64,000 bases of DNA from Candidatus Latescibacterota bacterium (GTDB lineage Bacteria > Latescibacterota > UBA2968 > UBA8231), in NCBI GenBank assembly GCA_965200315.1, contig OZ241362.1, forward strand, positions 1,920,001 through 1,984,000, written 5' to 3'. The translations under genes and the position numbers were made by a program. This document shows positions 20,946 to 30,500 of the stretch, piece by piece. Under the pieces are notes generated by a model that was not told the DNA's origin, made no database searches, and saw only the letters and a program-made list of their open reading frames with translations. Position 1 is the stretch's first letter. Each line of letters opens with the position of its first letter.

Positions 20946-23063
20946 CTACGTTACAGATGCTGGATGCAGCGTCACCGACTGGACGTGGTCGTAGCCGCCC
21001 GGCGCGCGGATCGGCTGCCGCTGACTTTCGATGTCCACGCTTGCGCCCTGACAGGTGAAGCGGTACGCACCCGCTTCAGGCAACACAAACCACGCGGTGC
21101 CCGCCAGATCGGCCCGCACGGCATAGGGCCGCACAGCTTGCCCGGCCAGCGGGGCCACGAGGACACAGGCGCGGGCGACCGGGCGACCGTCGCGCACCAC
21201 CCTCACGAGCACCTCCGGCAACCGCTCGGACGCCAGCGGCCCCACGTCTCGCCCGGCGAGCTGGCGGAACAACGCCTGTGACCAAGCCGTCGTCGCCGTT
21301 GGACGCGAGACCGGCTGCTGAGGATCACACCAGTTGAGACACAGCCGGTGCTTGCCCCGCGCCGCCGGGGTCCCCACGCCAAAAGGATCGATGCGGGCGT
21401 CCGCTCCCGACTGCGACGGCCACGTGACCTCCAAGTCGAGCGGTCCGGCCAGCATCCCCGGCACGGAGTCGGTGAAACCGCGGTAATCCATGTCGGCGAG
21501 GAAAAACGTCTGTAGCCCGTGTACATTGCGCTCCGGCATTGAGGTCAAAAATTCCCACCAGCCTTCCGCCAGCGGTGGCTCCTCCTGCTCTCCCCACGAG
21601 GCTCGCGCGAAGATGCCCGCCTCACCGACCCGGATCGGCTTCACTCGGAGGCCGCTGCGAATCGCATCAATGCTCGCCTCGATGTTTTCTAGGCCGCTGA
21701 ACAGCCGGTAGCAATCAATCAGCTCGATTAGCTCGTCCGTGGCCACAGCAGGATCAAAGGTGACTTCGGCGATGCGGCTGCCGTCGAGTTCTTTTACCTT
21801 GCGCAGCAAGGGCACACAGTATGCGGGCTCGCGCGCGTCGGTGATGTCCCAGAACAGGATCGACGGATGGTTGCGGACCGAGCGGATCCAGTGGTCGGCC
21901 ACCGCTAGCTGGTACTCTGCTACCAGCACCTTTTCCGCGGCGTCCATCTCCGGCGGGTACACCTGTCCCGTGCCGACGCAGAAGTTGGCACCCACCACGA
22001 ACACGCCCAGCTCGTCGGCCACATCGTAAAACACCGGCGGCGGGTCGTAGCGATGGTGCTCGACGATGCTGACGTTGGCGTCGGCCAGATCGACGAACTT
22101 GCGAGTCAGCCACTGGCGCTCGTACACGTACGGCACGGTGTGGTCGCCCCAAGGCATTAGCTGAATGCCGTTGAGCAGCAGCCGATCCTCCTCGGCCCAG
22201 ATTTCGCGGAAGCCGAAGCGGGTTACGTCCGTATGCACGGCGCGACCGGCCGAGTGCAGCGCACTTTCGAGGAAGTACAAGACCGGCTCGCCGTACGGCG
22301 GACGGCCCCAAAGCACAGCGTCGCGCCAAGGCGCTGCGGTCTCTAGGCGGCGGCTCTCCCCTATCGCCAGATCGAGAGCACAGCCTGCGAGTTCTAACGC
22401 GGTCTCGCCCGCCCGGCGCACCCGCAGGCGAACATCGCCGTGGAACGCTTCATCAGCGTCGTTGCGGACGGTCAACCCAACGCGGATTTCGCGTTCCCGC
22501 ACCGACGTGATGATCTGCACGTCTTCGACCCGCACCCGCGACTCCCAGCTCAGCCACACATCCGACTCCATGCCAACGGTGGCGGCGCTCGTGTACCAGA
22601 AGCGAGTGTCGAGGGCTTTTTCCGCCTCTTCGCTTAGCTGTGGGGCGTCGGGATGTGCATAGGGGCCGCTGCAGTTGTGGGTGAACACGTCGAGCCGATA
22701 AGCGCGCCCCGGACGGATGCTATCCGTCAGATCAATGCGCCAAGGCAAGCGCATGCCGTAGTGCTCGCCGATCCCCACACAGTCGAGGAAGGCGCGCCCG
22801 AAGTGGCGCACCCGCCCGAGGTCGAGCACAATGCGCCCGTCTGCATCCCAGCCTTCGGGCAGGCGCAGTTCTGTGCGATACCAGCCGGACTTGGGCGGAT
22901 CGTCTTCAAACTCGCGCGAGCGATGCGGCACGCGCACGCGCTCCCAGCCGGCGGTCGGCGGGTCGCCATCGGGGCCTGCGGCAAACTCCCACTCGCCGTT
23001 CAGCAGCAGGCGGACATCGCCGCCCCCTTTTAGCAGTTCGGAATCGGTGCCTGAAGTGTTCAT
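20946..23063 (-). CDS. Glycoside hydrolase family 2-like protein
   Basis: LNGEWEF, GWYRTE, TRFGFREI, LLLNG, FYDVADELGVFV, RNHPSILFW. The acid/base region is atypical (WDITD instead of W..GNE). Confidence 0.75.
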   Translation of the reverse strand: MNTSGTDSELLKGGGDVRLLLNGEWEFAAGPDGDPPTAGWERVRVPHRSREFEDDPPKSGWYRTELRLPEGWDADGRIVLDLGRVRHFGRAFLDCVGIGEHYGMRLPWRIDLTDSIRPGRAYRLDVFTHNCSGPYAHPDAPQLSEEAEKALDTRFWYTSAATVGMESDVWLSWESRVRVEDVQIITSVREREIRVGLTVRNDADEAFHGDVRLRVRRAGETALELAGCALDLAIGESRRLETAAPWRDAVLWGRPPYGEPVLYFLESALHSAGRAVHTDVTRFGFREIWAEEDRLLLNGIQLMPWGDHTVPYVYERQWLTRKFVDLADANVSIVEHHRYDPPPVFYDVADELGVFVVGANFCVGTGQVYPPEMDAAEKVLVAEYQLAVADHWIRSVRNHPSILFWDITDAREPAYCVPLLRKVKELDGSRIAEVTFDPAVATDELIELIDCYRLFSGLENIEASIDAIRSGLRVKPIRVGEAGIFARASWGEQEEPPLAEGWWEFLTSMPERNVHGLQTFFLADMDYRGFTDSVPGMLAGPLDLEVTWPSQSGADARIDPFGVGTPAARGKHRLCLNWCDPQQPVSRPTATTAWSQALFRQLAGRDVGPLASERLPEVLVRVVRDGRPVARACVLVAPLAGQAVRPYAVRADLAGTAWFVLPEAGAYRFTCQGASVDIESQRQPIRAPGGYDHVQSVTLHPASVT

Positions 23064-23066
23064 ACC

Positions 23067-24863
23067 TTACCTCTCGCCTTGGGCCATAGCCTCATTACCG
23101 ACCGGCTCCAGCCGGATAAAGGTCTTCAACAATTCCCACTGCCAAGAGTGCGGGAAGCCGTAGGGGTCTTGCTGGCTCGGCCAGCCGGTCCAGCGGGTGG
23201 TGTTGCAAGGATAGCGGATGATGAGCTGCGCCAAGAAGATGTCGGGCAACTCCCCCACCCAGATTTCCATGGCCTCCGCGAACAGCGCCAACAGTTCCTC
23301 GTCGCCGACCTGTAGAGGCGCGATGCGCTCGACAATGCGGTCGAACTCCTCGTTGCGCCAGCGCGAGGTGGTTGACCACAGCGGCGCCGGCTGGCCGGTG
23401 GGCCGGAAGTACTGAGAGGTGTAGTAAGACAGCATCAGATAAGGGTCCATGCCGCGCACCCCGCTAGGTCCCTTACAGCCGAGGGAAGCCTTCTGCTCTC
23501 CGGTCTGCACAAGCGAGGTCAGGCCGGGCGAGGTGTCGAAGTTCGCATCAAAACCAGCGTCGCGCAGTTGTTGGGTTAGCGGCGGACCGTAGGCCCGCAG
23601 CCACTGCGGCACGTACATGGCAATCTCGACGCGCTCGCCCTCTGAGTTGATCCACAAGCCCTCGTCGTCCTTGCGATAGCCTTTCCCCTCCATGATCCGA
23701 TCCACTTCTTCCAAGTGCGGCTTGGTGTCGTACCCGTGCCGGGCGAGAATCTCCTGCAGGGCCTCGTCAAAAGGCGCGAACCATTCGTAGGGCGTGAAGG
23801 GATGCAACGCGACCACGCCCGCGCCCGACTCGGCTAACTGGACGAGTTTCTCCCGGTCGATGGCCATGCTGATCGCCCGGCGAATCTGCGGATCGTCAAA
23901 CGGCGGCTCCGAGCAGTTCATGTTGAGGTCAATGGGGCACCAGTCCAAGTAGCCGTAGGGCGGCTCCCGCTCAGAAAAGGTCACGACCTGCGCATTGCGC
24001 TCTAACACGCTTTCGAGGGTGAGCACCTGCATGATGGGGGCCATGTCGAGCTGATCGGTCAGCAGCAGTTGCGCGGCTTGGCTTTCCTCTTGCTGCGGCA
24101 CGTAGATGATGCGCTCAATTCTCGGCAGGCGCTTGAACCCGGTCTTGGCCGCCCACCATTCCCGCCGCAGATCGTAGATTTTCTGGTAAGGCGAAGCGTA
24201 CACGAGGCGGTAGGGACCTGTGCCCAAGGGCAAGCCGCCGTCGATATCGTGGAACGTGAACTCTAGCGGGTCTTGGTCTTTCCAGATGTGCTCAGGCAAG
24301 ACGAAGATGCCGTGGTTGCTGCTCAGGGTGGTCGCCCAAAACGCGGGCCCCGCCTTTTTCAGCACCAGCCGCACTGTGCGGTCATCGACGACCTCGACGG
24401 AATCGAAGAACTCGGGCAGGTCGGCCAGATGCACCATGGACTCGGCGTGCTCACGCAGCAGGCCAAAGGTGAAGGCCACGTCGCGCGCGGTGAAGGGCAC
24501 GCCGTCGGCCCATTCAATGCCCGCACGCAGCTTCACGGTGAGCACAGTGAAGCTATCGTTGTACTCCCAGCTTTCGGCCAGCCAGTTCTCGTATTCCCCG
24601 GTGAGCACGTTGTACATAATCAGCGGCTCAAATACCGCCGGCAGCGTACCCATGTGGAACCCCTGATCCGAGCCGGGGATGTAGGGGTTCTGATTGTCGA
24701 ACAGGGCGTACTGGTTCGGCCCGCCGTTCATCAAGATCAGGGTGCGATCCCGGGGAACATCGTCTAGCACCACAGCCGGCCCGCAGCTAGCCAGCACCGC
24801 ACATGCCGCAAGCAGGAGTAGAGGCACCCCTTGTATGTTGAAGTTATTGTTTTTCAAAGGCAT
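23067..24863 (-). CDS. ABC transporter substrate-binding lipoprotein (family 5, Opp/Dpp-like)
   Basis: Lipobox LASC, WLAESWE, LRAGIEWADGVPFTARDVAFTF, GTGPY, PPFDDPQIRRAI. Confidence 0.93.
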   Translation of the reverse strand: MPLKNNNFNIQGVPLLLLAACAVLASCGPAVVLDDVPRDRTLILMNGGPNQYALFDNQNPYIPGSDQGFHMGTLPAVFEPLIMYNVLTGEYENWLAESWEYNDSFTVLTVKLRAGIEWADGVPFTARDVAFTFGLLREHAESMVHLADLPEFFDSVEVVDDRTVRLVLKKAGPAFWATTLSSNHGIFVLPEHIWKDQDPLEFTFHDIDGGLPLGTGPYRLVYASPYQKIYDLRREWWAAKTGFKRLPRIERIIYVPQQEESQAAQLLLTDQLDMAPIMQVLTLESVLERNAQVVTFSEREPPYGYLDWCPIDLNMNCSEPPFDDPQIRRAISMAIDREKLVQLAESGAGVVALHPFTPYEWFAPFDEALQEILARHGYDTKPHLEEVDRIMEGKGYRKDDEGLWINSEGERVEIAMYVPQWLRAYGPPLTQQLRDAGFDANFDTSPGLTSLVQTGEQKASLGCKGPSGVRGMDPYLMLSYYTSQYFRPTGQPAPLWSTTSRWRNEEFDRIVERIAPLQVGDEELLALFAEAMEIWVGELPDIFLAQLIIRYPCNTTRWTGWPSQQDPYGFPHSWQWELLKTFIRLEPVGNEAMAQGER

Positions 24864-24994
24864 AGGTTATATCAACGGAAATGGCCTGATGAGCGTAAGT
24901 TAGCAGGAATTTTACTCTCAATCACTATCTCAAGTCAAGGTTTTGCTCGGCTTCAAACATAGAAACCAAAGGGATGGCTCAAACTAAGAGGGAC

Positions 24995-25092
24995 CCTACC
25001 CTCTCCCCCCTTCCGATGCGAAAGGGGGGAGCCTAAGATGAGATTACGGGGTTCTCCCCTTTCCTCGTAGGCAAGGGGACCGGGGGATAGGT
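24995..25092. repeat. GC-rich intergenic hairpins at the left edge of the island
   Basis: CTCCCCCCTT..AAGGGGGGAG and TCCCCTT..AAGGGGA stems. Confidence 0.5.
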
Positions 25093-25385
25093 CCCCAGCG
25101 CAAGCCCTGCGAAACGTCCGTTAACCCTTGGCGGGGGTCTAGGGGATGTGGGGAGTTTGGGTCTGTGGGTGCCGATTTTCTCCCGGGGTTGGCGGCGGCT
25201 TAGTCCCTAAAAGGTTTCATTCATGGGTGGTGTCCGATACAGTCGCGCCCCGCACGATCTCAGCCTCTCCCCTACGCTTCGGCCTTGGCATGGATGTTGC
25301 AATGTAGGAATTACGAATTACGAAAGGCCCCAACCGCTCCCTGCGGTTCGGACGGCTGGCACACGCTAATGCCTACTGGATCACC

Positions 25386-26288
25386 ATGGCTGAGTTGGAT
25401 ACGGTTTCCAAGCACCTGATTCAAACCTACCCCGCCGACTTCGTCCGTTTCACCATCCAGCGCGACGATATCGAAGTCGTCGAAGTGCTCGATACCGAGC
25501 AACCCACCGTCGAAACCCGCCGCACCGATAGCCTGATCCGCGTGCGTATCGGGGGCAAAGACGCCCTAGTCCACCACGAATTTCAAACCACCGATAGCAC
25601 CCGCCCCCCAATGCCCCGCCGCATGGCCGGCTACATCGGCCGCTGTATCGAGCGCTACGGACTGCCGGTGTACGCCTATGTCTTCTACCTGCGCCCCGCC
25701 GCCGGACGACGCGATCCGGGCTGCTACCTCCAAGCGCTTTGCGGCCACCAAATCTTCGTTCAATACAAGGTAATCCGCCTCAGCCAACAGGCCGGTCAGG
25801 CCGTGCTCGACCGGAAGCTTGCGGGCTTGTTGCCGTTGGCACCGTTGATGCAACCGCCGGCCGGACAGACCCCCAAGGCGTGGTTGGATCAATGTGTGGC
25901 CACGGCGGCGGCCGTGCCATTAGAACGGTCGATTAAGGCCAACTTTCTCGCTGGGTTAGCGATCTTGAGCGGATTAGTGTATAATCCTCAGACGATCACG
26001 GCCATTGTTTCCAAGGAGCATCTCATGGACCTCATCCACGAATCCTCGTTTGCCCAGTACCTCACCAAAAGTGCCCGTGAGCAAGGCATTGAGCAAGGCA
26101 TTGAGCAATGCCGCCGACTCAGTATCCAAGAAGTGTTGGCGTTGCGCTTTGGCCCCGGCGCGGCCCAATCCTTCGCCGCCGGCTTGGAGGCCATTGGCGA
26201 TGTACAGCGGCTCAAGCAGTTGCATCGGGCGGCTATACAGGTGTCCAGTCTCGAAGCCTTTAGGCACTTGGTAGAAGCCGACGAGTAA
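25386..26288 (+). CDS. rpn: Rpn/YhgA-like recombination-promoting nuclease (PD-(D/E)XK), long form
   Basis: RRTDSL..HHEFQT..MPRRMAGY, LLPLAPLM, EQGIEQGIEQ repeat, C-terminal LRFG..LKQLHRAAI. Confidence 0.85.
   Translation: MAELDTVSKHLIQTYPADFVRFTIQRDDIEVVEVLDTEQPTVETRRTDSLIRVRIGGKDALVHHEFQTTDSTRPPMPRRMAGYIGRCIERYGLPVYAYVFYLRPAAGRRDPGCYLQALCGHQIFVQYKVIRLSQQAGQAVLDRKLAGLLPLAPLMQPPAGQTPKAWLDQCVATAAAVPLERSIKANFLAGLAILSGLVYNPQTITAIVSKEHLMDLIHESSFAQYLTKSAREQGIEQGIEQCRRLSIQEVLALRFGPGAAQSFAAGLEAIGDVQRLKQLHRAAIQVSSLEAFRHLVEADE
26025..26288 (+). CDS. Predicted intragenic RpnS (C-terminal small protein, 87 aa)
   Basis: In-frame ATG 26025 preceded by AAGGAG (26013-26018) at 6-nt spacing, as in the described RpnL/RpnS organisation. 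Confidence 0.6.
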   Translation: MDLIHESSFAQYLTKSAREQGIEQGIEQCRRLSIQEVLALRFGPGAAQSFAAGLEAIGDVQRLKQLHRAAIQVSSLEAFRHLVEADE

Positions 26289-26323
26289 GGACGATCATGA
26301 TCATCTCTTCCAAGGAGCAGCTC

Positions 26324-26638
26324 ATGGACCTCATCCGCGAATCCCCGTTTGCCCGGCACCTCGCCGAATCCCTCCTCGCCAAAAGTGCCCGTGAGCAAGG
26401 TTTTGAGCAAGGTTTTGCGCAAGGTTTTGAGCAAGGTTTTGCGCAAGGTTTTGCGCAAGGCCGCCGACACTGTATCCAAGAAGTGTTGGCGTTGCGCTTT
26501 GACCCCGGCGCGGCCCAATCCTTCGCCGCCGGCTTGGAGGCCATTGGCGATGTGCAGCGGCTCAAGCAGTTGCATCGGGCGGCCATACAGGTGTCCAGTC
26601 TCGAAGCCTTTAGGCACTTGGTAGAAGCCGACGAGTAA
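26324..26638 (+). CDS. Stand-alone duplicated RpnS-like protein (104 aa)
   Basis: Tandem copy of the rpn 3' end with its own AAGGAG-N6-ATG and an expanded 12-bp repeat (G[AC]GCAAGGTTTT)5. Confidence 0.7.
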   Translation: MDLIRESPFARHLAESLLAKSAREQGFEQGFAQGFEQGFAQGFAQGRRHCIQEVLALRFDPGAAQSFAAGLEAIGDVQRLKQLHRAAIQVSSLEAFRHLVEADE

Positions 26639-26644
26639 GGACAC

Positions 26645-26867
26645 CGCAAAGACGTCCATCAGACTCCTTCCTGTCGCTCGGATGGATTGAGTACTCCAGC
26701 TAGGTCAATTAAAGGCGCATCGCGTCGTCTCATCGAGATGGCCGATCTGCGCCTCGGACGCGCCTGCGTGGTCGAGACGGTTTTGGACGATGGAGATGCG
26801 GCGAATCGCTATATCGTCACGCGGGGCTTGCGGCATCGTTCACCCACCTCCGTAGGACAGGTCGGCG
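26645..26867. repeat. 223-bp direct repeat, left copy
   Basis: Matches 39593-39815 without gaps (offset 12948; ~8 mismatches by eye). Confidence 0.95.
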
Positions 26868-26962
26868 GCTGCACCGCGCCGGCAATGGATCTTTCACCTC
26901 AGCGGCGTTTTGCGTCCGATGCTTCCATCTCACCGCCCACCGCTCGCTGAGAGCCTAACGCA

Positions 26963-27511
26963 TTAAACCTCGTCGCCTTTGGTCAGGCTTGGGAGCTCGC
27001 CGCGGGCCAGTTGGTCGTAGGCGCAGAGGACGTAGCGTTGGGTGCGGTATTCGCCAAATTCCTGCATCTCGTTGCGTTTGAGGGCTGGGAAGGACGCGCT
27101 CGGCGCGGGTGCGTCTAAAATCCATTCGAGGTCGGCGCGGTCTAGCTGGTATAGGTGCGCGAAAATGGCGTCTAGTTCGCACTTGAGGGCGTGGCGGCGG
27201 TCGTCGTCGTAGGAAAAGGGCGGGCCGTCGTAGCCAAGGTCGCGGGCGAAGCCTTCGAGGTCGGCGGCGGTGTACGTTAGCTCCAAGACGCGGGGGACGA
27301 TGAGTTCGACGTATCTGAGGCCGGGGAGCACTTCGTCGAGATAGGCTTCCGGCGGCAGGACGGGGAGTTGCTTGACGATGAAGAAGCTAAGATCTGTACC
27401 GCCAATCGCGGAGCGAGCCGCGAAGTCCAGCACAAGTGAATTGAGAGTTGAGACGAACAGGGCCGCAGCCTCAGCATCTTCGATATGGAGAAGTGGTGCC
27501 CGATCGCTCAT
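26963..27511 (-). CDS. Predicted separately initiated constant C-terminal polypeptide of the methyltransferase (182 aa)
   Basis: GAGGT RBS-like motif 5 nt before the in-frame ATG at 27511, which overlaps the TGA (27508-27510) ending the cassette-B frame (ATGA). Confidence 0.55.
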   Translation of the reverse strand: MSDRAPLLHIEDAEAAALFVSTLNSLVLDFAARSAIGGTDLSFFIVKQLPVLPPEAYLDEVLPGLRYVELIVPRVLELTYTAADLEGFARDLGYDGPPFSYDDDRRHALKCELDAIFAHLYQLDRADLEWILDAPAPSASFPALKRNEMQEFGEYRTQRYVLCAYDQLARGELPSLTKGDEV

Positions 27512-30500
27512 GCCTGACCTCGGGACGAACGAAGCGATGCCGGTCCTCTCATTAGTGGCATTGGTGGTTTTTCGGAAGGGGATGATCCAACGTCCAGAGT
27601 AATGACGGCTCCTTTGTGACCAAGACCCGTCTTTGGAATAAGAGACGCTATCACTGTTCTCTGGTTGGTTGCTGTCGTGATCAGTCTCAAAGCCAACTTC
27701 CATTCTTGAGTCGGACGACCGTTCCCTTGCCCAATCCACTTCGCGGCACGATGGTGCTGATCGTCGTCCGTATGTCGGTCGATCTGGCGATGACTCGTAT
27801 CGCGATGTAGTACCGCGACCGATCCGATCCGATCCGATCCGATCCGATCCGATCCGATCCGATCCGATCCGATCCGATCCGATCCGATCCGATCCGATCC
27901 GATCCGATCCGATCCGATCCGTCAAAAATGGGGCTGTTTCGGTTTTGTCAAGTCTTTTTTTCACTTCTTCTTCCGGCACCCAATACCTCGGCAAAGGCAC
28001 TTGCTGCGCGTCCTCCTTTTCCGCCGCGGTCATGGGCCGGGCCTTGCCGCCTTGGCGGTCTTTTTCCGAAGCCCCCTCGAATGTGGCGAAGCGGTGATCG
28101 TACTGGTGAAACAGCTTGGCCTCGTAGAGCGGCAAGCAGGCTTCAACAGGCTCGGTGCTCGCTGCGTGCTCCCCTCCGCCCTCCTGCTGTCTTGTCGCGG
28201 GACGCACAAACACATTGCCCACAAGCTGCCAGCCCGCTTCTTCCAACTGCTCGCGGGTGCGAAAGAGGCCAGAGTCACTTGTCATATTGAACATTTGCAT
28301 GAACGTGACGCCCCAAGGGTTCTCCTCCGGCTCTGCACCTTTCGCTTCCTTCCACAACACACCGGCGCGGTCGTACATCTTGCGGGCAATTTCCATGTCG
28401 CGGCGGGTGCGGAAGATGGGGCAGGTGCGGGTGTTGGGATTGAACAGGGCGAAATCCTCGGCTGACAGGGCGAACCGCCGCGCCGAATCGCGCAGTTGCT
28501 CGGCCTGGTACAGAAAGAAGGCGAACTCGGCCTGTGGACAGGGGCGGTCCGCGCCGGTCAGGGTGAGCAGGCAGAATTTGATGCGGCTGTCTATGCTCGG
28601 AAACACCTTTTCCCGGTTCTCAAAGTCGTAGAGGCTGACGAGCCTTTTCTTCGTAACAATTTCGTCGAAAAACGCTTTGGTCGAATTATCCGTGGCAATG
28701 CCGGAAGGTACGATCAGGCCGGCGTGTCCCTCTGGCGATAGGAGTCGGAGAAACGTTTCTGCAAACAAAGCATAGCTGTTCAATTTGCCGTACGCTGTCA
28801 ATGGATGTCGTCCGCCACTACGACAAAATGCGTCCCTTGCATCGTATATGCGACTATCCAACTGGTACTGCTTCCAAAGTGGAGGATTGTGTTCCGCGAG
28901 TTGGGAGATGGCTCTCTTCCGTTCCGCACCCGACAAATCGGCAATGCTGGGTGCGCGTACTGCAAAGTACTCTTTTTCCGCGAGTTGAGACACCTCCCAC
29001 GGCGGATTCCCCAACACCACGTCAAACCCCCCGTCCTGCATGACCTCGGCAAAGGCGAGATGCCAGTGAAAAAAGCAGTGCTCGCGGGCTAGCTTGCCAA
29101 CCGCCTCGCCGACGCCGGGCCGCATGACCAAGCCGGCTTTGAGGCGATTGAAATCCTCGATGAGCGGCACCGCGTCGGTGCTGCCCCGCGTCTTTTTTGC
29201 AAAATACGCCCCGACAAACAAATTCGCCCGCAGTTCCTCTCTTGTGCGCTCTTCCTGTACACGCATGGCCTCATACGCGGTGCGCTTGCGCTCTACATCC
29301 TCAATCGTCTCCTCGGGCATGTCGCCGAAGTCGAGGGTCGCTACCGCCACTTCGAGCAAACTATCTTCGTCGAACAAGTTGCCCTGTACCTCATCTCCCG
29401 CTTGGCGGTTGCGCTTTTTGAGCTCGGTACAAACAGCCTTGTCATCGCCGGTCAAGGGCTTGTACGCAGCGGCCGGAATGCCGTTTGCCATGATCTCCGG
29501 GTCGAGGACGCCCACGAGGCTGTCACCGTGCAGAATGTGCGCGTCGAGAAAGCTCAGCGGCTTGCCCGGCTCCACGGTTTCGATCCACAGGGCGGTCTTG
29601 CACAGCTCAACCGCCAGCGGATTGCGGTCCACGCCGTAGATGCAGTTTTGCACCACTTCCCGCAGCGCATGCTGACGCACGGTTTCGTCGGAAGTAGGCC
29701 CACTCGAGCCGAGGCTTACTATTTCGGCCGCCATGCGCCGCGCCGCGGCCAACAGGAAATGCCCCGAGCCGCACGCCGGATCGATGACTCGCAAGGCGAG
29801 GATCGCTTCTCTCGGATCTTCAGGATGATCGGCGACAGCTTGAGCTAAGACAGGCTCCAGCGTCGATTTGATCAGCTCATTTACCAGAGTCTCGGGCGTG
29901 TAGTACGAGCCCGTTAGCTTGCGCTCGGAGCCTCTGCTCTTTTCGCTGCTGAGGCCATCGCCAACAAAGCCAAAAGCACAAGGCGCAGCACTCATGTCCA
30001 CCACAGGCTGAAGCTCCAAGAGGCTTTCGTACACCGAGCCGAGCTCTTCGGTGCCCATGTCTCGATAGTTGACGCGGGCGAGAGCCTCGTCAGTGCGGAA
30101 GGACGCTAAGTTTCGCACCGCCTCCAAAAGCCGCTCATTGGCAATGAAGGCCTCTTCCAAAGCCGGGCACTGATCTCGGCGGAACAGGCCCCCTAAAGCC
30201 GGCAATCCCAGCGCAGGCTCCCCTCGGGCGAGCGCACCGAAGATAATCCGCAGGCCCACATAGAGATCATGGTGGTGGTCGTAATGGCGTCGGCGCAAAG
30301 CGCGTTCGCGCAACCGAGAAAGGGAATACCCCTCGGTAAACAGGTCGCGCTGTTTTTTGGTGGCCCCCGGGGTGTGCAGCAGGTCGCGCTCTTCGGCCGT
30401 AAAGAGAAAGAGCAGGCGATAAATGAACCGGAGAAGCTGCTGGAAATAGCCCTCGGGCGAGAGCGTACCCTCGCTGAGGGCGGCGCACAAAGCAGCGTTG

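Noticed and set aside
26687-26950. Paired small ORFs MSTPARSIKG (also 39635-39892)
   Set aside because: By-products of the direct repeat with TTG starts and divergent ends.
27480-27815. Invertible shufflon or DGR explanation for segments A/B/C
   Set aside because: All three are on the same strand with no flanking inverted repeats. No recombinase or reverse transcriptase was seen, and the differences are not adenine-specific.
27821-27920. (GATCC)20 as an assembly artefact or a simple ON/OFF tract
   Set aside because: It sits directly before three frame-staggered homologous segments with open upstream frames, which an artefact would not produce. The exact n may still be a consensus value.
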